Source: Schizochytrium sp. TIO01 | Taxonomy: Eukaryota; Protista; Bigyra: Labyrinthulomycetes | NCBI GenBank assembly: GCA_004764695.1 | Contig: SMSO01000006.1 | Coordinates: 511,859-575,858, forward strand | Direction: 5' to 3' | DNA: 64,000 nt | Shown: positions 14,093-28,092 of the stretch, piece by piece | Layout of the letters: every line of letters starts with the position of its first letter | Numbering within the stretch: the first letter of the stretch is position 1 | Position numbers and translations under genes: made by a program | The notes under the pieces: generated by a model | The model's database searches: none | Seen by the model: only the letters and a program-made list of their open reading frames with translations | What the model was told of the DNA's origin: nothing

Positions 14093-17000
14093 TTTATCAA
14101 CAGTGTGCAACTGCTGGCGTAAAGGGGTTATACTAAGATAATAGCGTTGTAGGGAACTGAATTGTCATCACTATCTTGCAGCTTGTTCTCTTCTTCTCCT
14201 TAGAAGTGCCTTTAGGAGTATCTAGCTAACCATATACCATTTTTGTGCATGTATAATTAAATTTAGTAATGTACCACGTTAGCTAAGATTTGGGTACAAA
14301 ATCCTAATCGAAGTCGAGCTTCTCCAATCAGTGATTATAAACATCCATGCAACAACGCTTTAACTTAAGCTCGTACCCAAATACAAGAAATGCTTAAGAT
14401 AAGCAAAGAGCAAAGAGAGAGTTATTTCGAATGAAGGAATATTGTGAAGGTAACTTCAAATTTGCTCATGTTTTCCGAATGAGTTTAGAATCAAACTGAC
14501 ATTATTGTCAATTTGATAGGTCTCGATCTTTTTGGGAGACTTTACATTTACATAGTATTAACACTTCAATTGATATCTAGAAAAATGCAAAAAAGTTGCA
14601 AGATTTGGGAAAGCTCACCTCATTCTTGCATTTAGAGGGCATGCACATATAAATGAGAAACGGACGCCAGATTAGTTCACACACACCTGACTACATCGAG
14701 TTTTCCTTTGGTATTCACATGCTTCTTATTATTATGCTATCAAATCAAAGTTGGTAGAAAATGCCTTGAGATGAGTAAATTGATATTATTTTCAAAAAAG
14801 GAGCATCAGCTGCCATTTTTTATTTGACCCTGGGTTGACCAGCCAATCTTCCTATTTAAGTAGTGAATCTTTTTTTCTTTTTTTTTCTTTTCATCGTTGT
14901 TTTCTTTTCCTCTTTTTTTCTTTTCTTCTTTTGCTTTCACTCATCGTCTTTTTGACTCACTGGAAAGAAATATTAGGTACCTATGCTTTCAAGACTCTCA
15001 ACTAAGCATAGCTAAATTATAAGGTGGTTAATTGAATCAATTGTTTGTTATGTTATAACTATATTTTAATCGTGAAATTACTCTTCTCTATAAAACTGAT
15101 ACTATAGAAGTCAATACACACTCCTATATGTCTAAGTTTGAACTTGTCGGAAGCTCTCTTCTGGACACCACTCGCTTCTTATAAGATTATTTTTTGGTTT
15201 ATTTGTTTCTATTCCTTACTCAGCGTTTGCTGTATAAAGTCCTTTCTTTTCCATTTCTATTTATTTTTAGAGACAATTTAGCACTGGTCTACTGGCTATT
15301 GAATGTCTACTTGGGTAGAGAACCTTTAGTGATCGAGATGACATAACTTAAGAATATATATGTATTATATAAATTTAATTTTTAAAAAAAATGTTCATTT
15401 ATAATATCGCTTACATTCTCTTTTTTTTTTATGTTTTAAAAGTATGCTGACAAATAATAACATTTACTGTTCCTCTACAAGCGATTCAAGGAAATATCAG
15501 AAAGTCATTTTATCAATCCCCTACCAACCATCAATCATCCTGTCCTTAAGAAATAAATAGAAGTATATCTTCTTTTGTAACTACTAAAGAACGGCATTTT
15601 AAAACCCATTCGACAAAAAGAATCAAAATACCATTCCAACTTCCTGTCCGAAAAAGTTATACTCTATAAATTAGAGCATAGTGAAATATGAAAACACTCG
15701 TGTCACTTCCCGCAAAACGAGCCACCACTAGTCCTTTCCATTAGACATTGCTAAGCAAGAGTAGGATGAACTCCTGTTTATAGATGAATAAACACCCTCA
15801 TCAATCGTTCTAGCGAAGACGCTAATTTGGGAAATACTATGTAACATAGAAATTGCGAGTCAAGTTGGTTCCTGGACAAACGATTAAAACATTATTTTAA
15901 CTTGTTCAACTTCGACTTGCATAAGTGCTTCATGCTGAGCAGGCCAGTGCAACTTTTACTTAGACTACCCACTGTCCTTCTTTAATGTAGGTGCATTTGA
16001 CATCTTCTCCTACGAACGAATGCTCAAATCGTTTGCTACTAACAAGAAAGCAAAGAATCTATCGATAAGTTACTCTTCGCTTCTCGTAGAAAGCAAAGAA
16101 AGCCTGATCTACTCCACGCACTCTTTGTTATCAAGATTGGTCATTCCTTGTTTAGCAGGGAAGACACGGTCTATGCCAATTGCAACTCTCTCAAGTGTAT
16201 CAACTCCCGGCTATGCTACACTTCCAATTAATTGTCTTTAAGATCTGCACCATGCCCAGCCCTACTTCTTCCTTGGAAAAGGGGTAAGAAGAAGTAACCT
16301 GCATACCTTCTCAAAAACAGCTGCCTACCTACTACGCAAACTTTAGACGGCATGGAGTGATGATGCTGTTTAAGTCACCGTGTTTTCTTTTGGCATATTC
16401 GACCATGCTCCCCTCTTGAATTGGCATGTAAAGAAACAAGCTGATACTCGATATTGCTAAGCTTGCTAACACACTCGTTGTTCTAAGGTATGAATACTTA
16501 AGTCCCAAAAATTGATTTAATATTCGTTTGGTGAAGCACCTTACCTAGGGACTATAGGATCTGGGGTCTCTTCCTTTGTAAAAGAAAAATTATCTTGATT
16601 TGCTTTTCTGGAGTAGGTATGTTTGTTCACTCCTCGTTCGTTCGTTCGTTCGTTTTTTTGTTTTTTTTTAATTGTGTTGTTTTACGCTTTCGAAATGATG
16701 GTTTTCCAGCACACCCTCCTCAGCAATTCACAGCACAAAGTATAGTGACTCCTACCCTTCAAATTTCAATCTCCAGCTTCGGACTTAGCAAGATCAGCCC
16801 CGATGAAGTCCGGAGGAAGGGGATGTCTCTTTTACGATAAGGTGTAAGGTCACAGCACGCACAAACAAATGAATTGCTTACTTACTGTGGCTTGAACTGG
16901 CAACCAATCTGAATTTGGTCTGTTCGCCCATTTGATTGCAACGGCTGGTCTTAAATGTCTGCGAGTGCTTGAACAGCTGCCGAAGCTCCAGCTTCTGCGT

Positions 17001-20000
17001 GCTAAGGGTACGACCGCTGTAAGAAGATAACCCTCATTAAAAGCCCTGTTGTCCTGGCACTCCAAACCCACGTTGGCGTGAGCTTGCAGTGTAGAACCAG
17101 CCTACATTTCATTCCTGGTACTCCCGGCCCGCGTTGGCTTGCGTTTGAAGAACGAGCCAAGCAGCTTCAAGTTGTGCAGACAAGACAACCGGGAAGAAGC
17201 CGTGGCAATTGCTCCCATTACTTACTACTAGACGGATGTACCGTAACGTCCTAGTCCTCGCTAGTCGCAACCTTCTTGACAACTACTTGGAGACTCAGAA
17301 ATTTTTGTAAGAAGCTTCACCCCCTCCCTTCTGATGTTAGAAAACAAAAACGTTCAGATCGGAAAGGCGTGATAAGTCTTTCCAAGGTAAATGATCCCTT
17401 TCCTTTGAACTAATCTAATTGAGCCCCACTCTAAAGGAAAGGACCGTGCGTGATTGCTTTGATCCGTGTAACACCCTTGAACTGTACAAATCATCAAATG
17501 CTGATCAAGAACAATGATTTGAGCGGGTTTGGTAGCCAGGAATACTGGCCGTCCAATTCAACAAGAGAACTCTTGAATCTTCAGAATTCAGGCGATGCAT
17601 CTTTAAAGTATGTAGAAATTGCATTTCAATATCTGAAGTAGCTGCTTACTGCAACATAGTACCTAGCTCTGAATTTATGTTTGACATGAAAACCTTACTA
17701 AACAATCCAGTCTCTTGCTGTGGTACACCTAGGCGAGCTCTGTTTTCCCCTTCTATTCGGTATTTGCAAATGTATCTCGCTCTTTGTTCAATGCTGCTAT
17801 CCTCACTTCGCTTTGATAAAGAGTTCTTCCTGTCTTCACTCGAATAACACATACGATGACGCCAAGATCGATCGATGGGTTCAGCGTACAATTACTTTAT
17901 TTTATTTTAATGTTTAAGCGGCTGGCTTCGTGCCAGCAATAGGGACTGAGTTTCAATGAAGATCAACGGGAAAACTCTTTAATTTGTGGCAACAGCAGAA
18001 GGATGAATACGGTTACGGGCCTGAGGCATCCAAAGTTCCGGTGGTCGGCATTGCACCACATCCACATAGACTTCTACTACTAAACTATATAGATAGATCA
18101 CCAGTACTCATTGCAGTGGGGAGAACCCGCGCAAGATTATATAGTTTAGAGCTGACATCTGGGTAATCTTTTAGCTCGCTCTTATATTACAATTATGTTT
18201 TAATTTTGTCAATTTCTCCAACTTCAACGGCCTGTATTTCTTTCATTTTAAATTAAAGAAGGGTCGGGACGGTGAATAACCACTGCAAAATGTGCTCATA
18301 CCAAACTGCATCCGCTCAGTACCCTTTTTCGGTCTTCTGTTAAATTGAATTATTCGACTTCTTTTCTTCCTATTCTGAAGAAGCTCCACAGAACAAACCG
18401 AGACATTTATTTTCAAGGTGCGTAGCTTAAACGAAACAAAGATTATCATACTAGTGTTTACCTTCAGAACTTTAAAGCAGAAACATAGAATGAGATAAAG
18501 CACATGACAGTATGTTTTTGTTTTGTTCTTAATTGAAATTGTTGAATTTAAATAATAATAACAATAGATGAGAAAGCAATCTGTACTTACAAAATTTAAA
18601 ATAAAGCAGGCACGGAGGTTTTCTGGAGTACTTATCTCTCCAACTGATATCCTTAAATTCATGAGCTGGGTGGTTTGCTGCTAAGAAAAAATATAATTAA
18701 AAGAAGAAAAAAATGCATTTAAGATTAGAGCCTTTAACTTTTGACTTATTCTAGTTCTGAACAGTATTTTTCATGAGTGTAGAACCTTTTCAAAACTTTA
18801 TTTTCATTTCCAAAATTTTAAAATTATTGCCAAAGAATTATCCTTTTTTTACATAGGCGATTCTTGACAGATCCTGTCTTACTATAGTCATTAATTAAAT
18901 TATTGTCAGAGCCACAAAACTGCAGGCGATTTTCGTAACTATTTACTAAGTCGCTACCCACCCAGATTTTAATCTCTCAATCAGGAGATCATCGTAAGAG
19001 ACTTTTTGTGGCTTTTCTCTGCCTTCCCACATCAACATACAAACCTCTGCTTTAAATTTTCTACTTGAGCGTCATTATGCATATTTGAAGAAAAGGCAAT
19101 TAATGCTTATATTTAATTTTGCGCTTTTTGCACCAAAGCACCTTTTGCTTCAGAAATGAACTCTCGATAGAGCTATTATTTCAGGAACAATTCTAGTTAA
19201 AGTAAATGAATTTAAAGTTCATCTTATTGAAGAATCAAGCCGTTGATCCTAACGTCCTTAAGACACGTTATTTAAATTTCTTTAAGTTCAAGGTCCCGTT
19301 GTCGTCTCGCTTGAACACTGGCTTTCTGTTCCATTTGCTTCTTCATGAAACTAAGTATTCTCAAATGAAAGTGTAAATTTCAAAAACAAATTGCACAAGC
19401 CCTTCCGTTTAGCTTAGTTCTCTATATGATAAGTTTCAGACCAAAAGGCCATTCATTGCATAAAATATAGCATGCTTCCAATAAATCATGCGCTTTCTCT
19501 ATTCTTTGGAAAATATGGTAGAGTGCCGACTCAGTCCATATCCTCAGCTTTCGAGCAAATTAGTATACTTGGTCGCGTTTTTGACCTAAGATGTGTAAAC
19601 TCGCAGCTTTTTAGTTGGTTAGCTTACCATTATTTGTTTTCTATATTAACATAGGGCCCTGTAAAGAGAATGTTTCTTCTGCCACGATTAATTCAAGAAG
19701 GTACCCTTTACAAATGAAAATTTCCAAACTAGCTTTCCAGTACTGCCGACATTGAATGTCACAATGGCCAGTGTCGTCACGGAAATCGTGTGTTAAAACG
19801 TTGCACGATCTTAGACCCCTTTAACCAGTACGTAGTTTAAGCGAATGTTTCAAACTTGTGAGGATATGATTTATTCTGTAAAAATCCAGCGAACGCCTCT
19901 TCAACCAATGAGATAACAGAGTAATTCAAAATTTACAGTTTTTTAGCTTCAATGCGCATGACCCTTGTTTGGTTGATTTGCTGGAAAAAATGTAGAAGAG

Positions 20001-20793
20001 AGAAAAAGAGCTGTGATGGGCAGGATGTAGAAGGAAGAAGGTGAAAGGGCGCGCGGGGACGGGAGGGATTTTAATTACTCAGCATCAGAGCAGAGGGTTT
20101 TCAATGTTTGTTGATTTTTTTAACGTTCAAAGGAGCATTCGAATTGCATAAATTCACGGGAAAAGATTGCTATTGCTATTAAGTGAAGTAGACTTTAAAT
20201 GCAAGGCTATTCAGGATTCTTCACAATGTCGAATTTGGATGAACAATTGAGACGCACACATACATAGCCTTTTGCTATTCTAGAGAAAGATTGCAACGTA
20301 TCGTGAAGATCTTCATCTTTTCGGTAACCTCTACCATAATTTGAAACTTCCATCTTTAATAGATATACAATCAAAGCAAAAGAGCGAGTGCTACTCAGTT
20401 TGCATCTGACCCCCAACTTTAAGATCTTACATTACCAACTACTTTGATTCAAAGCTAACTTCTATTTTTTTTACTTAAAGGATGCTCCCAATGTTTTTGT
20501 ATTTAAACCTTCAATATAAGCAATATTATATATATTTAATGGGTAATAGATTATACAAGTATGTACAATACGAAAAATAGTTTCGGATTGATTTGTACAG
20601 ATTATGTCATTAAGCGTTGGAATCTAACACTTTTTGTTTGGAGGCATGATTTTGATTTTAAATGATTGTAATTCTGTTAACGTCATCTGTGCAAACTTAT
20701 TTTAAAACATGCCCGTTCCTCCTATGGCATCTTGAGATGCACTGAATCATTGTAGTTTGAAATGTGTTATAAAAGAGTAAAATTTGAAGTGCG

Positions 20794-21209
20794 TGCTGAA
20801 AGATGCATCTGGTCAGCCGAAGGTTAATTATAAAGATGAAAGGGCAGAAGTCTTTAAAAACGTTGATCTAAAGAGCTAACGAACTGTTGTCCTGGAAAAT
20901 GAACCTCAGGGCAGACCGATTCGTGTAGTAATTAGGAGGCTAAGGCATTCCTGAACTGTATCAGATATACTTGACGAAGTTAGGTTAATTCAACATTCTG
21001 CAACCATCAATTCAAGTTGCACTATGGTTATTTAGGAATATGTAGTCACACTTTTGGTTCTTGGCTCAGCAACTACGTAAGTCTGCTTGTCTAGTTCTGC
21101 TCTATTGTAAGCCCTTCGTCTATGAGGTCTTACAAAGAGACACTAAGAGCTCTAGCAATGTTTTGTCCACTAGTTCCATCGATGGGAGATCTCAGTAGTG
21201 AAGAAGCAC
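20794..21209 (+). repeat. Diverged direct repeat, copy A (~420 bp)
   Basis: Aligns by eye with 24663-25091. Shared blocks include TGCTGAAAG, CGAACTG(T/C)TGTCCTGG, GTTAGGTTAAT(T/C)CAAC and CTCTAGCA(A/G)TGT(T/C)TTGTCCACTAGTTCC. A 75-nt hand-aligned segment had 18 mismatches. Confidence 0.85.
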
Positions 21210-22839
21210 CATCAGGTCGTTGGAAAAAGAGAGAAGTTAACACAAGAACCCAGAATTTTGTAGTATGATCAAAAGGGAATCATCTCTCCGATCGCTACAC
21301 ATGCTATCGCGAGACTTTCAGCTATCCAAATAGCATTAACTGCATACCTGAGAGATCTGTACACGAGATGTTTGCGTTATGCTGCATGCGCTAGCCTTGA
21401 AAGCTGCATTTATATGTTTTCTCATCATAGATCAATCAATATATTATTGTCCTATCTGCCATTCTCTCCCCTGTATTAATGGTACGTCTGAATCACAATT
21501 AACCCGAGCTACGCAGGGCATGCAGTCATAAACCAGGGCGCAGCAACTGCAAGGATTACAATCTTTTCCAGAGTCTTGTAAACAGTTTTTGCTGTGAACA
21601 ATTTTGCGGACAAATACTAGTTCTGATACTTTTGTTTACGAATCTTTCGCATCAGCTTCTGCACAACTACATGAGGGACTAAATAATTGCGGATACTGCA
21701 AATCGAGGCGTTATTAAATAGAACCAAATTAGTAAAACCAAGGTTGGATGTTTGAAGAATGACAGATAACTTAGAGAGGGCTTGAAACCTACACCATGAA
21801 ACTTATCATTCCGAGTGTTTATGAAATGATCTTCATGATAACAGATAAATTTCATTTTTTAGACCAAGACTGCATGGTCTGTAGAACAGAAACTTGATAG
21901 ATTAGGTAATTGCCCCATCGCTGCTATTTGTTCAAATTTCTTCAATTCAACCGAATATGAAAGCCAATCTGTAATCCTCGATTCCTTGGCTACTTAATTT
22001 GTTGCTTTGTTGCTTAGATCCATTAAATTTTAAGTGATATGACAAGGGCTCCAGCAATTTCTAATCTATGATGTTCCCTCGATTATTACTTCAGCATATT
22101 GCTTGAGTAATGTGCGTAGTAAAAGTGATAACGATTATAAGTTCTAAGAGTATGTCAACGAAGGTAGATGAGGCCTATAGATATTTAAATATCTCACAGA
22201 ACTATAAAGCTTTTACAGAAATAAATCCAACGTAAGTTGTAAGTTGTCAGTCTTTAGGCATCTAAAGGCACGAATATCATGCTTCAGCTTGATTCACTAT
22301 TGTGAGTTTGTTTGTGACTTCGATATTACATTTGAAAGTATGGTCTCTGCCGCAACTTAGGTTCGTCGTTGAAAATTAAATAGAAAATTAATTTCTTCAT
22401 GTGTGACTGATTTTTATTGATTTTCATTGATACAATGATGCATGGAAGAAGGTTCTCATCCAGAGATTAATAGGTTGCTAACGCTTTTCATCATTACTAA
22501 TGAAAGGCCTTTGAAAAGTTAACTATGGTGGTATTGAAAGTTGAAGCGTTTCAAGTGCGACACTTAAGTGATAGAAATGCACTATATCTTGGATTCCTGT
22601 GAATGCTATACGCTTGTTTTCAGAAAAGAAACATATCATTTAATCAAAAACCAAGGACATTCTAACGATAGCCTAAGTGTTTAGGCCTTCTGTGGACTCC
22701 TACCTTTTGATTTTGACTTTGCGTAGCTGCAATGTATCGTGAATATTCCAATGATACCATTCTGGTTCTGACATGTTCTTCAAATTGTTGACCTCAAAAC
22801 GCAGCAAAGAATTGCCCTTACTGTTGAAAATAACCTTGT

Positions 22840-22905
22840 TACTGCAGACACAGCTCGTAGTTATTATAGACACAGCTCGTAGCTACTGTAGACACAACTC
22901 TCGGC
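22840..22905. repeat. 22-bp tandem repeat x3, diverged
   Basis: TACTGCAGACACAGCTCGTAGT / TATTATAGACACAGCTCGTAGC / TACTGTAGACACAACTCTCGGC. Confidence 0.85.
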
Positions 22906-24662
22906 TTTAAAGTCATTCGAAGAATAAACTAGTTCCTGTAAATATATTCTTCTGCTTGATTTCAGAGATGCAAGAAAGGAGAGTATCCGCTATCCAAGCA
23001 GTGAACGTACTGAAAGTCATAGATGATCAAGCAGGCGAAATGAAGTTTTGAAAAGTACAAGTGTAAGCCTTAGGCAAGTTGATTCTTATCACAGATTGAT
23101 TAATGATTGTTGCTTTTGGACCGAATCAAAGTGACCATACTTCGTCTTGTTCTTTCTCTTGAGGTTGGAAGACTTAGGTATGTCTTATACATGATCTGAA
23201 AGGCCAACACTAGAATTTGTATTCTAATTAGCTAGAAGTTGGCTTGACGAGGCCTTAAAACATTTGTGGAGTCTTGTAATTAGTCTGATTATAGGTGAAG
23301 CGATGTTTCGTCTGTTCTAAAAGTAGTAAGTTAGGACGAGGACTAAAGTAGATAAGGTTTGAGAAGCTTCGTATAAAATGGAATGTTCTCAGAAAAAACA
23401 CAATTGCTACATATTGGTTAGCACTAGATATAAATTTATGGGGAAAACGTGGTGTTCATGCGAAGTTAAATCAATGTGTGATTTAAGGGGTGGTTTCAAA
23501 TGACGTTGTGAAACACAAAGAATGAAGCACAAAGGCGTAGGTAAATTTTGAGGACCAAGAAGGCGAATTGTAATTCAATATTATTTAATATAGAATTTAA
23601 AAAAACATCATCATTCTGGGCATTATTGCTGAGATCGAGAAATGGAAAACGAAGCAAATGCAATGTTATAAGACATGATGGCAATCATTTAAAAGACGCA
23701 AGATGACAAGAGGACACGATTAAGTAGCATTAATATTTTCCAAGACCGAAAATGAGTAGGTAGCTTCGTCGTTGAAACACTCATTAATTGCAAGAAGACG
23801 AAATCAGGCTGAAGATAAGTCGAAGAATCAGAACCTTACTTCGCGAGTTATCTTTAAGACAGGACCAAGTCCATTGTACCATAAATCAAGAACTCAAATT
23901 AATATGGTAATCTGAGGATGCATTTCTAAGGTCCAAATGTTGACAAAGCATAAACCTAAACTCTTCTTCGTCCCCAAGCCTTTACCGAACACCCAGATCA
24001 TTCAGTTTATCTTTCACTTAATACTGAAATTTTCAACCAATGGGAGAAGTGAAGAAAGCATTGTCAGAGTTCTTGGAGTACAGTTATAAGGCCTAAGCAA
24101 TGAAATCGCATATAGAATTTGAACTATATAACCATTAGCGTGGTCGCAAGGCCACGGAATCCTAGAATTGAAGGTTTACATACGTTATGAACAGAAAAAC
24201 AATGGTGGCGAAACATAAATTGATGGTGAAAGAGATATATAGACCTTATATATTAGTGATACAGATGAGGTCTGAGCTAATCTCCATATTATAAATTGGA
24301 TCAATCCACCTTATTATTCAATTTCAAAATCTGTAGATCGCTAGTTCCAAAGTCACCTTTACGAAACCTTCTTTAGGCCTCTTGACTTCATTTACAACCA
24401 GATTTGGTCTCCTTGTGCGCGAAAATGATGCTGTTATGACTGTCACTGCACAACCTCGGATTGGTGATTTTTCATGCAAGTAAATTGGCAGATCCCCTTC
24501 ACTGCAGATTGACAAAGTCACCATGTATTATCATCACTTGCTGAAAGAACTTAAAATTCCAAATCAGTATGAATATTTTAAGGTTTTCTCAGTGCTAGAA
24601 GCTAGCCAGAGATCGACGAGGAGAATGAAGTCAAGAATCTTGGAATCTATGGTAAGACTTAA

Positions 24663-25091
24663 TGCTGAAAGGTGATCCTGATTAGCTTGAGCTTGACTAT
24701 GAAGATGAAGGCAAGAGGCTTGATGAAGGCTTTAAGAAGGTTGATTTTACGGGTTAGCGAACTGCTGTCCTGGGACATGAATTGCAGGACAGATGGCTTC
24801 ATGTAGTAGTTAGGGAGATTAAGACATTCTTGAAAGTGGTTAGAGTTAATCGATGGGGTTAGGTTAATCCAACTTCTCTGACCATCAACTCAAGCTAAAC
24901 CAAGCTTGGGTGTAGGTAATGTGTATTCATACTTCTAGTTCTTGGCTTCAGCAGTCACGTGAGGCTGGCTGCCTATTCTTGCACTATTGTAACCTTATGT
25001 CTAATGGGTTTTGCAAAGGAACACCAAGAACTCTAGCAGTGTCTTGTCCACTAGTTCCGTCGGTTGGAGATCCCAGCACTTAGGAAGACAC
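24663..25091 (+). repeat. Diverged direct repeat, copy B (~430 bp)
   Basis: Partner of 20794-21209, same orientation, about 3.87 kb downstream. Confidence 0.85.
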
Positions 25092-28000
25092 TCTTTGCTT
25101 AGGCTTAAAGAATTTTTGATCTGCTGACCCAGGTGGCCTAGCTCATATTATAACTTGGAGACTAAAAAAGGCTTTTATGTATTACACAAAACATAAGGAA
25201 CTTGATCAACTGGTTTCCTCAACTAATAATTCAGGTTTGCCCTTCCATATCCCATTGATTAAATAATGCGCTTTTACTCTTGAGATCTGATAACCATGTT
25301 CTTATCATATGCAATTCCTAATAGTTTAGGAGTTATGACAGAACGCCAAGGGCTCTGGTAAAGTCTTTAGCAGATTTCTCTGCGGTTGGGTTTCAAAGTA
25401 TCTAAATTTGCGTCTAGATGCATCCCATTGCACTTTCCACAAAACATCGGTATCAACGATCAGAAAATCAAAAGGGTAAATAAGACCAAGGTGTATGGGA
25501 TAAATTTATGCCGTTTCTGTAGCTTTATAAGTACGTTTTTGCGCGGCAACATCCAACCAAGAATCACAGTTCTAGCGTTCTAAACGCTACCAATTGCTTG
25601 GATAAGCGTTTTTATTCGTGTATTAAACCCTGGCCACCTTCAATTAGAGTGTATTTCCACACCTAACATTTTAAGTGCCCCTGGACCCATGGTATTTTGT
25701 CGGGGATTCTACTAATGATGGGCGTTCTTGTTCCTATCCTTTCGCTGCAGATTCTCATTAATGTATTCCACTCTAGTATATGTTAGTCTTCTTTAATTCA
25801 TTAAATTTTGATAATTTATGCGCAAACAACCAATTGATCAAATGCTTCTATAACATTTCCCCCTTATACCACCTCTATAGAGAATAAATGCGTCTCTCAG
25901 CTTCTCAGCCATCGTTTGTTTAGCCTTTCGCCTTTCTACTGTACATGATCTAAGCAGGCTCTCGTACTGTCTCCTAGGAACTCTGGAGATTACTTGTACG
26001 CATCTTTCGATAGGCAAACTCAGCAAGAATGCCTGACAGCAGCTTGGTAGCTGTTGGAGTCGCACTTTTGAATCGGCAACATGCAGCACGCTCTGTTACA
26101 GACGATTGTTTGGCTTGTCGAAATTCATTGCTATTTTTATTATAAAAGTCTTTGTAGAGAGCCCCTCTTGTTAAAATCTATTCTTACATTACCATCTTTG
26201 AAACTTCAAAATTTTCAATAATGTTCTACGTATCCATCATGGTCATAGCAATATCTTGTTAGAGTATTGTTCGGGTAGCGACGGGCACTAACACAGTCAA
26301 ATGAGTGGTTTGTAAAATAAAAAGAAACATATAAGCAAGGGCTTATAGCAAATTACCTGAGAGTTCTTTGACATTTCTTCGTTCAGCTTTATTCTTTTCC
26401 CTTTTTGCACCTCTGCACAGCACTGCTATACTGTGTTTTGCGTCATGTTGTCAACAAAGGCAATGGTGTTTTTTTTCTTTTTCTTATGTGTGCTATTTTT
26501 CTGTTTCTAATAAAAGCTCACTGCGCTCCTCGTGAGCATCATAGGAGGTGCTTATTGACTTCACTTGCTGTATTGACCTTGAGATTTCCGTTGGCAAGAT
26601 CAAGACATACAACGCCCCTCGTAAAACCTGCTTCCGAAATCTATTATGCAATGAGAAAGTAAGGCTGAGGAAGTAAGGTGAAAGTAATATTCATGTAAAG
26701 CCAAGGTGAGTGACGCCTGCTGCTCTGTGATGAAAAAATGCTAATATCTGGCTGCAATTTCTACTTACTAACACTCTTGCAGATATTTTTGGACTAGCAA
26801 ACAAATCCAGGCCTATCTGTTTGGCCTTGCTTGGCTGTATCCCTAGTTCAAGTTAGTTAAGATTAAGAGTTTCGCTTACTCACAAGCGCCTCCAATTTGT
26901 TAAATTTATTAAGACTTTAGCATGCTCAGTCAAGGGATTGCAACCTTATAAGATATTTACAGATACTAACTAACCTCAACGCACTTCTTCATATGAAGAC
27001 AATCCTTTTACTACAATGTAAAATATGTAAGCGAGCTATATTTATCGTATGGTTTCAAAGTTGAAGGGAACCTCGGATAAACTACTTAGACCTTCTTCAA
27101 AACCTCCTACTCGTTCGCAAAATCTCCAGAAATCAACAAAATGGTAGTATTGGAAGCTAATCTTAGTCCATCTACTTCATTGAGCTGATTGAACTTACTA
27201 TTTCGCTCCCTGCTTTTTCTAACATCACTGTATATAAAATAAAATAACAAAATTGGCTAACCTACCACTGTCCTATGCCCATTCGTAGGCTATCTTTTGT
27301 TGCCCCTGCTTCTCATACGTAAGCACCCACCTTACCACTATTACTAGGCCTACTACTAGAACAATTCGGAAACCTTTGACAGTTTAAATTGACTGTTTCA
27401 AGTCCTTGAGAACCCCTTTACTAAGATATCCTATATGTCTCCTACCTTGCTAAAATCTGAGGAAAGCAGAGAAGAGGACGGAGAGGGGGACTTTCTTTAC
27501 AGTACACAAAATACTAAATCCACCTCCTTTTGCAGCAGAGACTACTATGACTAGGAAGCCTGCAGATAGCCATGCCCAAAATCTGTGCAGATTTTGGACT
27601 AGCCCTAGTAGCTTCGGTCTTTCTTCCACACGATGTGGCTAAGCTGAGAACCTTTGATTGTCTGTTGAAGATGAGCGAGCACCCCAAAACCAATCTAGGA
27701 TGCTAGGTGCCAGGACTTCGCGGGCATAAACGAGACTGCGCGGCGCAAACTTGGCGGAGAGCTACTTGCAAAGACGCGCAACGAGGGGCGGTACACGCCA
27801 GCTTAGAGCAGCTAGTCAAGCTCCATTGGCGAGACGCCAACAGATCTGAACGACGAGTCTTGCAGTTCCAAAGGCTCAGCACTGTATCGGGGCAATACAA
27901 CTGTTTGCGGTTGTCAAGGCGACTCAATATAGCAGGTAAGCAGCAAGTGCGATAGCTTATACAAACCCCAACTGCTCCTGTGGCGATTGTCTTGGAGAGG

Positions 28001-28092
28001 TATCGTCTGCTCGGAGACAGGTGGTATTTGGTGACCTCATTGACTCAATTAGTCCCCAATCCAAACACAACAATATAACTTTACACATACAC

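Noticed and set aside
28021-28092. GTG start given by the ORF track for the orphan gene
   Set aside because: In a eukaryotic context the ATG at 28093, preceded by an AC-rich leader, is the more likely start.
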